NCBI GenBank assembly: GCA_963665295.1
Contig: OY762209.1
Coordinates: 32,001-96,000, forward strand
Length of the DNA stretch: 64,000 bases
Reading direction: 5' to 3'
Origin: Syntrophorhabdaceae bacterium
GTDB lineage: Bacteria > Desulfobacterota > Syntrophorhabdia > Syntrophorhabdales > Syntrophorhabdaceae
Both the position numbers and the translations under genes were made by a program. Below, in pieces: positions 49,066 to 59,684 of this stretch (position 1 is the stretch's first letter; the number at the start of each line of letters is the position of its first letter). The notes under the pieces are model-generated. The model ran no database searches and was not told the DNA's origin. It saw only the letters and a program-made list of their open reading frames with translations.

Positions 49066-50199
49066 CTAATACCCAAGCCGCTCGGCGAGCAGTTTCCTCT
49101 GGAATCGAGCGTCACCGAAGACGATCTCCCCGACCTTCGAGTTCTTAAAATATCGATGCATTTCGTGATCTATTATCAGGCCATAACCCCCATGGACCTG
49201 ATGACCGAGGAGACAAACCCGCCTGTAGGCGTCGCTTGTCCATGTTTTGGCCATAGCCGCCTCTATAGAGAAGGGCATTCCCTCACTGATCCTCCACACG
49301 GCCTCATAGGTGATCATCCGTGACGAATCGACATCGGCCAGCATATTGGAGCAGTGATGCTGAATGGCCTGAAAGCTGCCGATGTGGCGGTCAAACTGCT
49401 TCCTGTCCTTTGCGTACTGAACGGTAAACTCCAGGACCTTCTGGCCCCCGCCCACCATTTCGCAGCATTTTGCCACCGCAGCCCGGTCCAGTATTCTCTG
49501 GACGTCATTCCACCCACCGTCCAATTTACCCAGGATGTTCTTCTTCGGCACCTTCACGTCCTTGAAGACGACTTCGCACACCATGTCGGCGTTATGTGCC
49601 TTCTCGGCCGTGCAGGTCACTCCGGGGCTCTTTGTCTCTACGATGAAGATCGTAATTCCGTCTTCCCCTTTTGCGCCCTCCTTTGTCCTGGCAACGCACA
49701 GCATGTACTCGGATAGGTGAGCATCGGTCACGAACAGCTTGGTGCCGTTCAGCACATAGTCGCCCCCGGAGGCGGTTGCCTTCATGGCGACTCCCTTCGC
49801 GTCATAAGTTCCACTCGCCTCAATAAGGGCCAGGGTAAAGATGGATTCCCCGCCGGCTATCTTCGGTATAAAGGCCCGTTTCTGTTCCTCGTTTCCGAGT
49901 TCCATAATAGGCAGACCACCGAGAATCACCGTGGAAAAGAAGGGACTGATGGGCCGCACCCTGCCGATTTCCTCGAGGAGCAGCGCGAGGTCCTGGAAGG
50001 CCATACCCGCGCCGTCATACTCTTCCGGGAATACCAGCCCCATCCATCCCATGTCGGCCATTTCCTGCCAAATCTCGGGGGAGTAGCCCACCTCTCCCTC
50101 ATCTATCTGATCAATGACTTCTCTCGGATACTTCTGCTCCATAAACTCGCGAGCCGATTTCAACAATATTTCCTGCTCTTCTGAAAGAGTTAAATTCAT
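49066..50199 (-). CDS. Acyl-CoA dehydrogenase, probable FAD-sharing subunit of a heteromer
   Basis: R.QF.R.IGSFQAIQH, HQVHGG.G. Confidence 0.92.
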   Translation of the reverse strand: MNLTLSEEQEILLKSAREFMEQKYPREVIDQIDEGEVGYSPEIWQEMADMGWMGLVFPEEYDGAGMAFQDLALLLEEIGRVRPISPFFSTVILGGLPIMELGNEEQKRAFIPKIAGGESIFTLALIEASGTYDAKGVAMKATASGGDYVLNGTKLFVTDAHLSEYMLCVARTKEGAKGEDGITIFIVETKSPGVTCTAEKAHNADMVCEVVFKDVKVPKKNILGKLDGGWNDVQRILDRAAVAKCCEMVGGGQKVLEFTVQYAKDRKQFDRHIGSFQAIQHHCSNMLADVDSSRMITYEAVWRISEGMPFSIEAAMAKTWTSDAYRRVCLLGHQVHGGYGLIIDHEMHRYFKNSKVGEIVFGDARFQRKLLAERLGY

Positions 50200-50218
50200 T
50201 CGCACACCTCCCGAATAA

Positions 50219-51397
50219 TTACTTTGACGGCAACCCCAGTCCTCTCATTGCCATGATATTCCGCTGAACCTCTGATGTCCCGGCAATGATGCCCCATCGG
50301 ACACTGTCAAAGTACCGGGGCAGCATGTCGGTTTCTAATTCGGGAATATATTTTGACCAGTCGCGCAACTGTCCGTAGGGACCTATGCTCTGCATCACGA
50401 CGTTGAACAAATGCAACCGTATTTGTGATGCGTAGAGCTTTCCAAGGGATGCCTCGTAGGTGAGCGGCTTCCCCGTGTCCTGCAGATAGGCCACTCTATA
50501 GATCAGCCACCGTCCTACGCGCAATTCGGTGGCGAGTTGTGCCAGTTCCCCTTTAAGCCAGTCTTCGTCACAGTACAATGTGCCCGCGGCCCTGGCCTTC
50601 GAGACGTACTCAACAAACTCATCGTAGCCTGCCTGCAGATCGCCTACCGTTCCTCCCCTTTCATAGTTCAGTGCGCCGACTATGTAATCCCAGCCTCTGT
50701 TCTTTTCACCGACCAGACGATTTCTCGGTATTTCCACGTTGTCGAAAAAGACTTCGTTTGTTCTCACTCCCGCCATCGTGTACATGGCTCGTATCGTGAT
50801 GCCCGGAGTCTTCATGTCAAGGATAAACAGGGAGATGCCCTTGTGCTTCGGCACCGTGGGGTCGGTTCTCGTCGCCAGCCACATGTAATCGGCGTAGTGG
50901 GCGTGGGTGTTGAAGATCTTCTGCCCGTTGATGATGAACTTGTCGCCACTGTCCACGGCCGTGCTTTCCACCGCGCGTATTTTCAATGAAGCTACGTCGG
51001 AACCGGCCTCAGGCTCGGAGTAACCCGTCGCGAACTCAAGCTCCCCCTTCGCGATTCTGGGGATGAACTCCTTTTTCTGTTCCTCGGTCCCGTAGTGCCG
51101 GATGCCGGGCCCCGCTACTTCCACACAACTCAGGGGATAAGGGCCGTGGTGATACGCCAGTTGTTCACTGAGAATAAACCGGGTTACCGGTGATAACCCC
51201 CGGCCGCCGTATTCCTTGGGCCACGCCGGCGCCATAAGCCTCGCGTCGCCCATTTTGCGGAGCAATGTTCTTGAGTGCGGGCCCAAACCCTTCCCGCTCT
51301 CGTGTTCGTGAACGACTTCTTTTGTGCATTCTTTATCCAGGAATTCTTTTACTTCCTTTTCGAACGCCTCTTCTTCCGGAGTAAATCTGAAATCCAT
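50219..51397 (-). CDS. Acyl-CoA dehydrogenase, probable catalytic subunit of a heteromer
   Basis: GYSEPEAGSD, NGQK, HKGIS, NEVFFD, LNYER, AGTSEVQRN....GLGLP. Confidence 0.92.
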   Translation of the reverse strand: MDFRFTPEEEAFEKEVKEFLDKECTKEVVHEHESGKGLGPHSRTLLRKMGDARLMAPAWPKEYGGRGLSPVTRFILSEQLAYHHGPYPLSCVEVAGPGIRHYGTEEQKKEFIPRIAKGELEFATGYSEPEAGSDVASLKIRAVESTAVDSGDKFIINGQKIFNTHAHYADYMWLATRTDPTVPKHKGISLFILDMKTPGITIRAMYTMAGVRTNEVFFDNVEIPRNRLVGEKNRGWDYIVGALNYERGGTVGDLQAGYDEFVEYVSKARAAGTLYCDEDWLKGELAQLATELRVGRWLIYRVAYLQDTGKPLTYEASLGKLYASQIRLHLFNVVMQSIGPYGQLRDWSKYIPELETDMLPRYFDSVRWGIIAGTSEVQRNIMAMRGLGLPSK

Positions 51398-51456
51398 AGC
51401 AATCTCCTCTAAGAGATAATCTCTGACTCAACCTGGTTGAGTCAGAGTTACTCGAA

Positions 51457-52614
51457 CTATTTCTTCAAGATGATGACCGTGCAATTTCCGCCGGCCCCCG
51501 AAGCCTGGGCCATGGCCACCTTGGCATCTTTAACCTGACGACCACCGGCCTCACCACGAAGCTGCCATGTGAGTTCCGCTATCTGGCGCAAGGCCGAGGC
51601 GCCCGTAGGTTCCGAGCAGGAAAGCAGACCTCCGCTGGGGTTGACCGGGATGTCGCCCGTGATTTCCGTTCTCCCTTCATCGATAAGCCGACCGCCTTCA
51701 CCTATCGGACAAAGTCCGAACTGTTCATAGAGAATGATCTCAGAGCTTGAATCCGTATCCTGAAGCTCGACCAGACTCAGGTCCTTGGGACCCACGCCTG
51801 CGATCTCATAGGCCTGTCTCGATAATTTCGTTGCCACTTCCTCGTTATGGATCTTTGCGCTCTGGCCCATGCCGCCTATACCGCCGCCGCACCTCGACGT
51901 ACCGTACTGGGCAACGCCTATACATGCCGCAGCCACTTTGACCGCCCTGCTCATGTTGTATTTTCTCGCTACCTCTTCGCTACAGACGATGGCGGCGCCC
52001 GCCCCTTCTCCCGGCGCGGCGAATTCGAGCAATCTCAAGGGATAACAGACCATCTTTGAATTAAGGACCTGCTCGAGGGTCATCGCTTTCTGATACATTG
52101 CATAAGGGTTGTGAACGCAATTCTTCTTGCTCTTCACCGCTACCTTGGCAAGCTGTTCCTCTGTGGTCCCGTATTCCGCCATGTGCCGGCTGGCCCGCAG
52201 GGAAAATTCAAGGGTATTTATCGCTAAACCGCTGAGCACCTGCCATTGCGGATAAGAGGTCATACGCATAAAGCCTCTGGGCATCTTTTCTACGCCGATG
52301 GCGATGGCAATGTCACAAATGCCCGCAGCCACCTGCCTGTATGCCATGATAAAGGCACTGCTGCCCGCTGCACAGCCTGTTTCCACGTTGACAATGGGTA
52401 TTCCTGTCATTCCCACCCGTGCGAGTACCCTGTGTCCTGCCCCGGTGCCTCCGTGCATGGTGCCGCAAAAGGCCGCCTGAACCTCATTCCAGGGCATATC
52501 GCCGGCATCCTTCAACGCCGCTACTACTGCTTCCTGTCCCAAATCCTCAAAAGTTTTACCGTCGAACCGGCCGAACGGGTGTACGCCTACACCAAGTACC
52601 ATTACATCTCTCAT
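51457..52614 (-). CDS. SCP2-type thiolase family protein (BbsB/Ltp-like)
   Basis: NVETGCAAG, VELQD, PVNPSGGLLS; SEP in place of GHP. Confidence 0.9.
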   Translation of the reverse strand: MRDVMVLGVGVHPFGRFDGKTFEDLGQEAVVAALKDAGDMPWNEVQAAFCGTMHGGTGAGHRVLARVGMTGIPIVNVETGCAAGSSAFIMAYRQVAAGICDIAIAIGVEKMPRGFMRMTSYPQWQVLSGLAINTLEFSLRASRHMAEYGTTEEQLAKVAVKSKKNCVHNPYAMYQKAMTLEQVLNSKMVCYPLRLLEFAAPGEGAGAAIVCSEEVARKYNMSRAVKVAAACIGVAQYGTSRCGGGIGGMGQSAKIHNEEVATKLSRQAYEIAGVGPKDLSLVELQDTDSSSEIILYEQFGLCPIGEGGRLIDEGRTEITGDIPVNPSGGLLSCSEPTGASALRQIAELTWQLRGEAGGRQVKDAKVAMAQASGAGGNCTVIILKK

Positions 52615-52664
52615 GGTCGTGCCTCTCCTTTGTCTCTACATATTCTTTCTTTCATGTCAGGCAT

Positions 52665-53090
52665 TCAATTTGAGACAGGCCTAAACTTAAAGCCCACGAC
52701 ATCGTTGCCGTTATCATCGACAAACAGGCTCTCTATCACCAGGTCCATGTCCATATCGATCTTCAACTTCGCGGGGTCGGGCTCCGTTATGTAGCACATT
52801 ACCCTCACTCCATCTACCTCCACCGAGCCTACCCCGTATGGAACCGGCCCTTTGTATCCTTCGGGCACGGGATTGTTTACATTGCTGAAGGAATACAATT
52901 TTCCCCTCGGGCTGAGCAGCAACTCCGCAGCCTCGCCGCCGCAGTTTGCGCACCACGGCTGCTTCGGAAAAGTAACCTCGCCACATGTTTTACATTTGCT
53001 GCCTATAAGGTGAGGCTTCTCCGACGCTGACTTCGGGATGGTGAATAAGCCCTCTCCTACGTAAATCTTCTCTTTACCTTCACTCGACAT
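52665..53090 (-). CDS. Zn-ribbon/OB-fold DUF35 protein (BbsA-like)
   Basis: CKTCG..TFP...CANCG, GKLYSF, PY. Confidence 0.9.
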   Translation of the reverse strand: MSSEGKEKIYVGEGLFTIPKSASEKPHLIGSKCKTCGEVTFPKQPWCANCGGEAAELLLSPRGKLYSFSNVNNPVPEGYKGPVPYGVGSVEVDGVRVMCYITEPDPAKLKIDMDMDLVIESLFVDDNGNDVVGFKFRPVSN

Positions 53091-53139
53091 ACTGCACACC
53101 TCCTCTTTTGACCTCATTCCTGCGCTACTTATCTCTCGC

Positions 53140-54129
53140 TTACTCCGTCATCGCTTTTATCTTTTCAGTGAAGGCCGGTACAAAGGCCTTCCAGTCCCCC
53201 ACCACGCCGTAGTGGGCAAACTTGAAAATATTGGCCTCGGGGTCCTGGTTGATTGCGATCAGGGTTTTGGCTCCGGAACATCCTGTCATGTGCTGCGTTG
53301 AGCCGGAGATTGCCACCGCGATATACAGGTCCGGGGCTATGATTTTGCCTGTTATGCCCACCAGCCGGTTAGTGGGATACCAATTCTGGTCAACAGCCGG
53401 ACGACTGGCCCCCACCGCTCCTTTCAGGGCCTTTGCCAGCGCCTCGAGGTCATGGAAACCCTCCGCGCCGCCGATGCCTCTCCCGCCCGAGACCACTATG
53501 CCTGCTTCCTCGAGCTTTACGCCTGCCACTTCTTCCACCACCTTTTCCAGCAGCCTGGTCCTCACCGCCGCCGCATCGATACCGGCATCAACGGTGATTA
53601 CTTCGCCCTGCCGTGCATCATCCGGTTCCAGCGCTGCCATGGCCTTGCTTCGGATGGTGACGATCTGGGGGTCTATATCCGTGGTGATCACCTGCTTGGC
53701 GTTGCCGCCGTAAACCGGCTTCGTTTGCAGCAGACGCCCGCCGTCAATGGCGAGGTCCAGGCAATCCGAAGTGGCCACCGTACCCAGGCGAAATGCCAGC
53801 CGCCCCGCGAGATCGCGACCGATGTCCGTCTGGCCCATGATGAGTATTTGGGTGGATGCCTGTTCCACCAGCTTCTGCATCACCGCCACATAAGGGTCCG
53901 ACTGATAGTCGCTGAACAGAACATCGTCCACCACAAAGACCTTGTCGGCGCCATAGCGGATCGCTTCCTTTGCTATGTCGCCGACCTTATTCCCGACCAC
54001 GAGCGCCACCAGCGATTGACCCAGATTGTCGGCAAGCTTCCGGCCGATTCCGAGACCTTCGGTGGATACGGGGGCTAGTTTGTCCCCCTTTGTTTCACAA
54101 AAAACACTAACATTTTTATATTCAGCCAT
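53140..54129 (-). CDS. etfA: Electron transfer flavoprotein alpha subunit
   Basis: PVYGGN, VSGGRG, GASR, GITGK..AP.LYIA..ISG..QH, AIN.D. Confidence 0.95.
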   Translation of the reverse strand: MAEYKNVSVFCETKGDKLAPVSTEGLGIGRKLADNLGQSLVALVVGNKVGDIAKEAIRYGADKVFVVDDVLFSDYQSDPYVAVMQKLVEQASTQILIMGQTDIGRDLAGRLAFRLGTVATSDCLDLAIDGGRLLQTKPVYGGNAKQVITTDIDPQIVTIRSKAMAALEPDDARQGEVITVDAGIDAAAVRTRLLEKVVEEVAGVKLEEAGIVVSGGRGIGGAEGFHDLEALAKALKGAVGASRPAVDQNWYPTNRLVGITGKIIAPDLYIAVAISGSTQHMTGCSGAKTLIAINQDPEANIFKFAHYGVVGDWKAFVPAFTEKIKAMTE

Positions 54130-54169
54130 CGGGTTAACTCCTTTCCAGAATCATGATCCCTGGTCGCAT

Positions 54170-54958
54170 TTAGAATAACTTCGCGGCACGAAGCCTCTCA
54201 GTCAGGTTCTCCGCCATCTCCTCGGGAGACTCTCCCTTGATCAATTCGCAATGAGCTTCCGTAACTTCCTGATAGAGTCTCACCATTTTGGATTTTCGCG
54301 GGACCGGGGCGTCCATTCCGATATCAGTCGGCGTATAGACAGTGGGCTTCATCTTCTTCGCGGCCATAATACCCTTCATCGTCGGAAAACGCACCTCGCC
54401 GATTTCATTGCTCACCGTGATCACGGCGGGCAGGGGGACGGTGACAACCTCGTAACCATCGGTGATTACCCGTTGCACCCTGGCCTCGCCGGCGCCGATA
54501 TCGATCTGTTTGGCAAGGGTCACGCAGGGCAATCCGAGGGTTTCGGCAATGCCCGGACCGGTCTGTGCGCCGTTCGTATCGGATGCCTCACGGCCGGTAA
54601 GTATCAGGTCGTATTCGCCTAACTTCTTGATGGCCAGGGATAGTCCGTGGACCGTGCCAAAGGCGTCCATGTCCGCAAAGGCGTCATCTTCCATGAGGAT
54701 CAACTCGTCGGCGCCCATGGCCAGGGTCTTCTTCACCACATTTGCCACCATGTCCGTTCCCATGGTGATCACGGTTACTTTGCCTCCTTGGGCGGCCTTG
54801 AGTCTCAAGGCCCCTTCCAGGGCGTACTCTCCGTATGGGTCAAGCACCGGCGGGCTGCCGTCCGTGTTCAACCCTTTTTTCGTTGCTTCATCGATTTTGA
54901 AGACGGTGCTCGGTGCCTCGGGGTCAATGACCTGTTTCACACACACAACAATGTTCAT
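54170..54958 (-). CDS. etfB: Electron transfer flavoprotein beta subunit
   Basis: VCVKQV.D, LAMGAD, G....D....Q.GP, LPAV. Confidence 0.95.
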   Translation of the reverse strand: MNIVVCVKQVIDPEAPSTVFKIDEATKKGLNTDGSPPVLDPYGEYALEGALRLKAAQGGKVTVITMGTDMVANVVKKTLAMGADELILMEDDAFADMDAFGTVHGLSLAIKKLGEYDLILTGREASDTNGAQTGPGIAETLGLPCVTLAKQIDIGAGEARVQRVITDGYEVVTVPLPAVITVSNEIGEVRFPTMKGIMAAKKMKPTVYTPTDIGMDAPVPRKSKMVRLYQEVTEAHCELIKGESPEEMAENLTERLRAAKLF

Positions 54959-55028
54959 AACGCAGGCTCCTTCTCGTATGAAGTGTCGTGGCCCATCCAT
55001 CTTTCCGGGATGGGTGGGCCACGGCGTA

Positions 55029-56489
55029 CTAGGCTTTTATGTTGTACTTTTTCCAGTTCTCCCTGACTTTCTTCATGGTTGCATCGTCCGGGTAGGCCAG
55101 TGGAGCAAATCTTTCACCGAACCATTCGTCCGTCCTCGGCCAATCTATGGGCTTCGTGCAGTCGAAGAGCACGCGGTCGCACTTCTTCACTGCCTCGTGG
55201 ACGCGGTCCTTGGGGTGTACGGCAGGGTCCAGGGGGGATATCCATCCCGGGAACTTTATGATGTCTCTTTCCGCGTTCAGCCGGTACCCTATGGCCCACA
55301 TCACCTTGTTCAAATCAAAAATGTCGATATCCTTGTCGAAGACGAAGACGTTCTTTCCTATCATCACCGATGACATGGAACTCCAGATATTGGCCGCTAC
55401 CTGATGGACCTGTCCCACATAGCTGTTGTCGATCTGGACGAACACGTTCGACCATGCCGTGCTGGGGTCCACATTGACTGCCGTCACGCCCTGCATTCTC
55501 TCTTCCAGAAGGTCCCGCATGGAAGCCGAGTGGCCGATGGACTCGATGTGGTGGTCTTCATTGATGGGCACGCCTTCCAGGGTTCCCTGCAGGATGGGAT
55601 CGTTTCTGTGGGTGATGCACGTTACGTTGAACACGGGACGGGTGTGAGGCACGCTGCAGTAGTAACCCGTATATTCGCCAAAAGGTCCTTCCAGCATGAA
55701 GCTGTCTTTATTTGTGTCGAGATATCCTTCATAAACGATCTCCGCCGAGGCCGGCACCAAAAGATCGTTGGTCTCACACTTCACCAATTCCACGGGCTCG
55801 CCCAGAAGACCACCCATTACATCGTACTCACAGGTACCGATGCCCTGGTGAGAACAGGCCACCGCGGGGAGTATAGGGTTCCAGCCGTTCGCCACGGCGA
55901 TGGGTACATTCTCGCCTTTCTTGCTGTAGCTCCTCCAATGTAACCAGGCATGCTGGCCTACGGTGAAGGTGATGCCCAACTGTTTCTTGTTGTGGATTGC
56001 ACGTCTGTAAAGACCGACGTTGATCCAGTCGGAGTCGCGGTCTTTCGTGACTACGCCGTCGAAAGTCCCTATGTAGCGGTGACCGTCCCTGTCGTGCCAG
56101 AAGGGAGCGGGAAACTGGAACATGTCAACATCCTCTTCCTTTATGATGTTCTCTTTTACCGGACCTGTGGCGACGATTTTCGGTTTGACCCGTTTCTTTG
56201 ATCTTTCCCTCCAGATGTCGATCAACTCCCTGTAGGGAGTCTCTTTGGGAAGGCCGAGCATTAAAGCGATTCGAGAAAAACTGGCCAGGGCTCCGGTGAA
56301 GAACTTACGGCCAACGGTATTCTCGTGATCCTTGATGTTCTCAAAGAGAAGTGCGGGGCCTCCCCGGTCAAAAGTCTCCTGCGTGATACCGCCGATCTCG
56401 AGGTTCCAGTCGACTTTCTCCTTTATACGCGCCACTTCACCCTGTTCTTCAAGTTCCTTGATCCACTCCCTCAAATCCTTTATTGCCAT
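55029..56489 (-). CDS. UbiD family prFMN-dependent (de)carboxylase
   Basis: GPALLFENI, N.G.YR, VPASAEIV.EG, EGPFGEYTGYY, ITHR.DPI. Confidence 0.95.
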   Translation of the reverse strand: MAIKDLREWIKELEEQGEVARIKEKVDWNLEIGGITQETFDRGGPALLFENIKDHENTVGRKFFTGALASFSRIALMLGLPKETPYRELIDIWRERSKKRVKPKIVATGPVKENIIKEEDVDMFQFPAPFWHDRDGHRYIGTFDGVVTKDRDSDWINVGLYRRAIHNKKQLGITFTVGQHAWLHWRSYSKKGENVPIAVANGWNPILPAVACSHQGIGTCEYDVMGGLLGEPVELVKCETNDLLVPASAEIVYEGYLDTNKDSFMLEGPFGEYTGYYCSVPHTRPVFNVTCITHRNDPILQGTLEGVPINEDHHIESIGHSASMRDLLEERMQGVTAVNVDPSTAWSNVFVQIDNSYVGQVHQVAANIWSSMSSVMIGKNVFVFDKDIDIFDLNKVMWAIGYRLNAERDIIKFPGWISPLDPAVHPKDRVHEAVKKCDRVLFDCTKPIDWPRTDEWFGERFAPLAYPDDATMKKVRENWKKYNIKA

Positions 56490-56594
56490 AGTTATCTCCT
56501 TTCATCGCAGATATCTTCGCTTCTGCGGACGGTACTCTGTTATTGAGACATCGGCCTTCCTTTATCGCTCGCCTGGCCATCGAGGAAGCTCTCA

Positions 56595-56759
56595 CATACC
56601 GTACGGTTATTATCTAACTCGTTTCTCATAAAGGTGTCAAGTTTTTTTTTGAATTTCGCCATATTTTTAATTTAGTCTATTACTTCAATGTGTTATATGT
56701 TTCACGTTGTGTATGAGCGACGACCTTATTTTTTTCCTAATAAACCGAACGGTTATTTT
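56595..56759. promoter_or_regulatory. TetR-type operator/promoter module, copy 2 (ubiD operon)
   Basis: CATACCGTACGGTTATTA, minus-strand TTGACA at 56635-56640, second site AAACCGAACGGTTATTTT. Confidence 0.75.
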
Positions 56760-57001
56760 CATAGTATACAGCAGGGCGCACGATGCAGGCGAAGGAGGGT
56801 GAAATTTGAAGTATTTTTATATATTACGAGTTCAAGACGACAGGCGTCCCCCTGTAATTGACATCCAGGGGGAGGAAGAGCCTGCTTCCACGGCAGCAGG
56901 GTATGTGATTCAGGACTTTTCTTTTTGAGTAGGGGCCGGTTCTCTTCGGCGGTCCCTTTTCAGCGCTTTCCGGGATTCTTCCCTGTACGGGGGCGGCCGG
57001 T

Positions 57002-58030
57002 TTATTTGCCTCGGTTTCCGCCAAGCCTGGGGAAAAGCGCCCGCCCGTTGCGACTCAGGACAGCCTTCCTTTCCTCTTCGCCGATCTCTTCGCACGTGCG
57101 GACCGCCTTGAGGCACTCCGTCGGAACCGCGCTCCCTGCGAAAGGATAGTCCGTGCCTGCCATGACGCGTGATGCGCCGACCTGCTTTACAAGATAGGAC
57201 AAGGCATTGGGACTTACAATGGCGGTGTCGTAGTAAAAGTGACCCAAGTACTCATCGAAGCCCTTCGGAGCAGCTTCCGCGAAGGATTTCCACACCGACG
57301 GCGCCATCCTTCCAAGCCGATAGGAAAGATAGGGCAAGGTGCCGCCCCCATGGGAAAGAATGAAGGTAATGTCGGGATGGCGTTCCAACACACCCGAACA
57401 GACGAGGCTGAACGCCGCACGGGTCGTGTCGAAGGGCGCATCCATTACGGCGGCGGGGATGCCGAACTGCACGCCGGGCGGGTCCGTGGGGTGAACATGG
57501 ACGACCGTTTTCCTTGCATTCAGAGCCCTGTACACCTCTTCAAACGATGCGTCCCCAAGGTACTTGAGACCATAATTGGACATAAGCTCGACCCCGTCGA
57601 GTTTCAGGATATCGAGGGCATAGTCAAGTTCCCGCAAGACCCCTTCCGTATCAATAAGGGGCGGCATGGTTGCGAAGGCGCCATACCGGTCAGGGTGGGC
57701 TTCGACCATCCTGGCGACGAGTTCATTACACAACCGGGCAAGAGCGCGCCCATGTTCCGTTCCGGGAACGTTTGCCGCGGGAGTACTGAAGGATACAATC
57801 CCAACCTGCACGCCGAGTTTGTCCATGAGTTCCATGTCTTTTTCGATCGACCATGCCGGGAAGGAGACTCCGATGCTGCTCGTGACTCCCAGGCCGGAAA
57901 GGGCTTCAAGATACTCGGCTGGTACTACGTGATGGTGCACGTCGATGGCGCCTTCGATCAGCGCCGTCTGTTTGCTTCCCACCGCCCTGCTGCCCGGGTT
58001 CAGTTCAGAGTCGGGTTTCATATATCTCAT
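57002..58030 (-). CDS. Amidohydrolase-2 family metal-dependent decarboxylase/hydrolase (6-methylsalicylate decarboxylase-like)
   Basis: IDVHHH, YLGD..F, VHP, FDTTRA, SHGGG.LPYL, YYDTA, GTDYPF. Confidence 0.88.
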   Translation of the reverse strand: MRYMKPDSELNPGSRAVGSKQTALIEGAIDVHHHVVPAEYLEALSGLGVTSSIGVSFPAWSIEKDMELMDKLGVQVGIVSFSTPAANVPGTEHGRALARLCNELVARMVEAHPDRYGAFATMPPLIDTEGVLRELDYALDILKLDGVELMSNYGLKYLGDASFEEVYRALNARKTVVHVHPTDPPGVQFGIPAAVMDAPFDTTRAAFSLVCSGVLERHPDITFILSHGGGTLPYLSYRLGRMAPSVWKSFAEAAPKGFDEYLGHFYYDTAIVSPNALSYLVKQVGASRVMAGTDYPFAGSAVPTECLKAVRTCEEIGEEERKAVLSRNGRALFPRLGGNRGK

Positions 58031-58062
58031 CTCCTTTGATGATTTCGAATCCCCTCTCGCCT

Positions 58063-58935
58063 CTATCCGGGATCATCGGGGGTCGCCAGGTTCGTGGCAA
58101 TGCTCAGGAGACGACCTCCGGCTCCCATGTCAAGGATCTCCACGAGACTCAGGACCGTTTCGCTTGTTTTTCGAAGAAGCGTTGTCTTCGTCTGAAAGGG
58201 ACCGATCTCGCCCAGGCTCAGGAAATGAATGGCGAGGTCGGTGGTCGCAAAGGACCTTCCCGCAGCATGGCCCGCCATGGTCTGTCCAGCCAGGTCGGCG
58301 AGAAGGGCAATAACGCCTCCGTGGAGGGCGTTGAAACTGTTTCGCACATAGTCACTCATATCAACCTGGACCAAAGCCTCCGCCTCGTTCAGGACCTTCA
58401 GTCCGACTTTGTCATAGAATGGTTGAATCAGGCCCGCATCGTCCGGGTGGGCATCGGGCGTCCCCTTCGCTACAGGGTCGACCTTGAGCAACGGCGAACC
58501 TTCCCTGGGCGAAAATCGCGTGAAGTCTATCATTGCCTTGGCTATGGTGGTGAAACCGCCCTGTTCACGGGGCGCGTGACGAATATCTGCCATGACGAGG
58601 ACCGTATTTCGTCCCGTTCTTCTCAGTTCACCTTCAGCTTCGATGTACCCCGACAGGGCCCGCCCTGAGGATTGAACGGACAGATGGGTGGTCGCGGCCC
58701 AATCCGGATGGAAGGCTGTAAGCGCCAATCCTCCGCCCAGAACATCCATAAGAGCGGCCAATACGCCCGCGAGCATGGCGCCGTTACAGGCGCGGACTGC
58801 GCTCTGAACAGGCGCGCGAAGGGTAGCCTTGTCCGGCCCCTGGAATGAGATGGAAGGCGAGAGGTCGCGTAACATTCGACTCAGCGGCGGGTAGTAACCC
58901 CTCGCGATAGCCGTGTCCTTTGTTTTTTCTTTCAT
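58063..58935 (-). CDS. Double-hotdog PaaI-like thioesterase
   Basis: Two repeats of N...(H/A)G......D.... Confidence 0.8.
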   Translation of the reverse strand: MKEKTKDTAIARGYYPPLSRMLRDLSPSISFQGPDKATLRAPVQSAVRACNGAMLAGVLAALMDVLGGGLALTAFHPDWAATTHLSVQSSGRALSGYIEAEGELRRTGRNTVLVMADIRHAPREQGGFTTIAKAMIDFTRFSPREGSPLLKVDPVAKGTPDAHPDDAGLIQPFYDKVGLKVLNEAEALVQVDMSDYVRNSFNALHGGVIALLADLAGQTMAGHAAGRSFATTDLAIHFLSLGEIGPFQTKTTLLRKTSETVLSLVEILDMGAGGRLLSIATNLATPDDPG

Positions 58936-59046
58936 ATTTCCGCCCCGTGCGGCGCACAAGGCGCTAAGGAACCCCTCGGGCCCATCCCGTGAATGGACGC
59001 CGAAGTCGGTCCAAAAGCACTCTTCTCTTCCGCCGACAGCGCCCTC

Positions 59047-59667
59047 TTACTGAGGCTTCGTCCTTCCTTTATCGCTCGCGAGGCCGTAAATGAAAGTTTT
59101 CCGGAAGGTTCTCACATATTCCTCGGCATCGATCAGGTTCCTGTTAAGAACCCATTGATGGAGCAGTCCGTCATGGAGAGCCATGAAAGTCAAAGCGGCG
59201 AGATCCGGGTCCGTTTTCTTGTCCACCAGACCCTGGCTGATCCCCTGGCGTACGATGCCGCCGATAAACCTCTGGTAGTCGTTGTAGACGGCCTTCAGCA
59301 TGGGCTCGAAATCAATATCCGCCTTCAGTTCCGTGGTGAGGAATGTCAGGAATACACAAAGATTCTGGTGCTCCGATGCGAACTGGGCGCTAAAAGTTAT
59401 GCACCGGTGCAGCTTGTCAAGGGCATCGCCTTCGCCATCATTTGCGAACCGGATCATCTCGTCGATGTATCTAACCTTATATCGCTCTAAAATCCGGAGC
59501 AAGAGTTCGCCCTTGCTCTTGAAGTGAGCATACAAAGAGCCTTTGGTTAGCCCAACCTTGTTCACGATATCAGTGATGGACGTACCGTGATACCCTTTAC
59601 GCACGAAAAGCTCCAGGGCCGCCAGGACAATTTTCCGGTCTGTCTCTATACCGTCAGCTCTTTTCAT
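59047..59667 (-). CDS. TetR/AcrR family regulator
   Basis: ALELF..KGY.GTS..DI...VGLTKGSLY.HFKSK. Confidence 0.95.
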   Translation of the reverse strand: MKRADGIETDRKIVLAALELFVRKGYHGTSITDIVNKVGLTKGSLYAHFKSKGELLLRILERYKVRYIDEMIRFANDGEGDALDKLHRCITFSAQFASEHQNLCVFLTFLTTELKADIDFEPMLKAVYNDYQRFIGGIVRQGISQGLVDKKTDPDLAALTFMALHDGLLHQWVLNRNLIDAEEYVRTFRKTFIYGLASDKGRTKPQ

Positions 59668-59684
59668 CTAAAACCACCTCCCCA

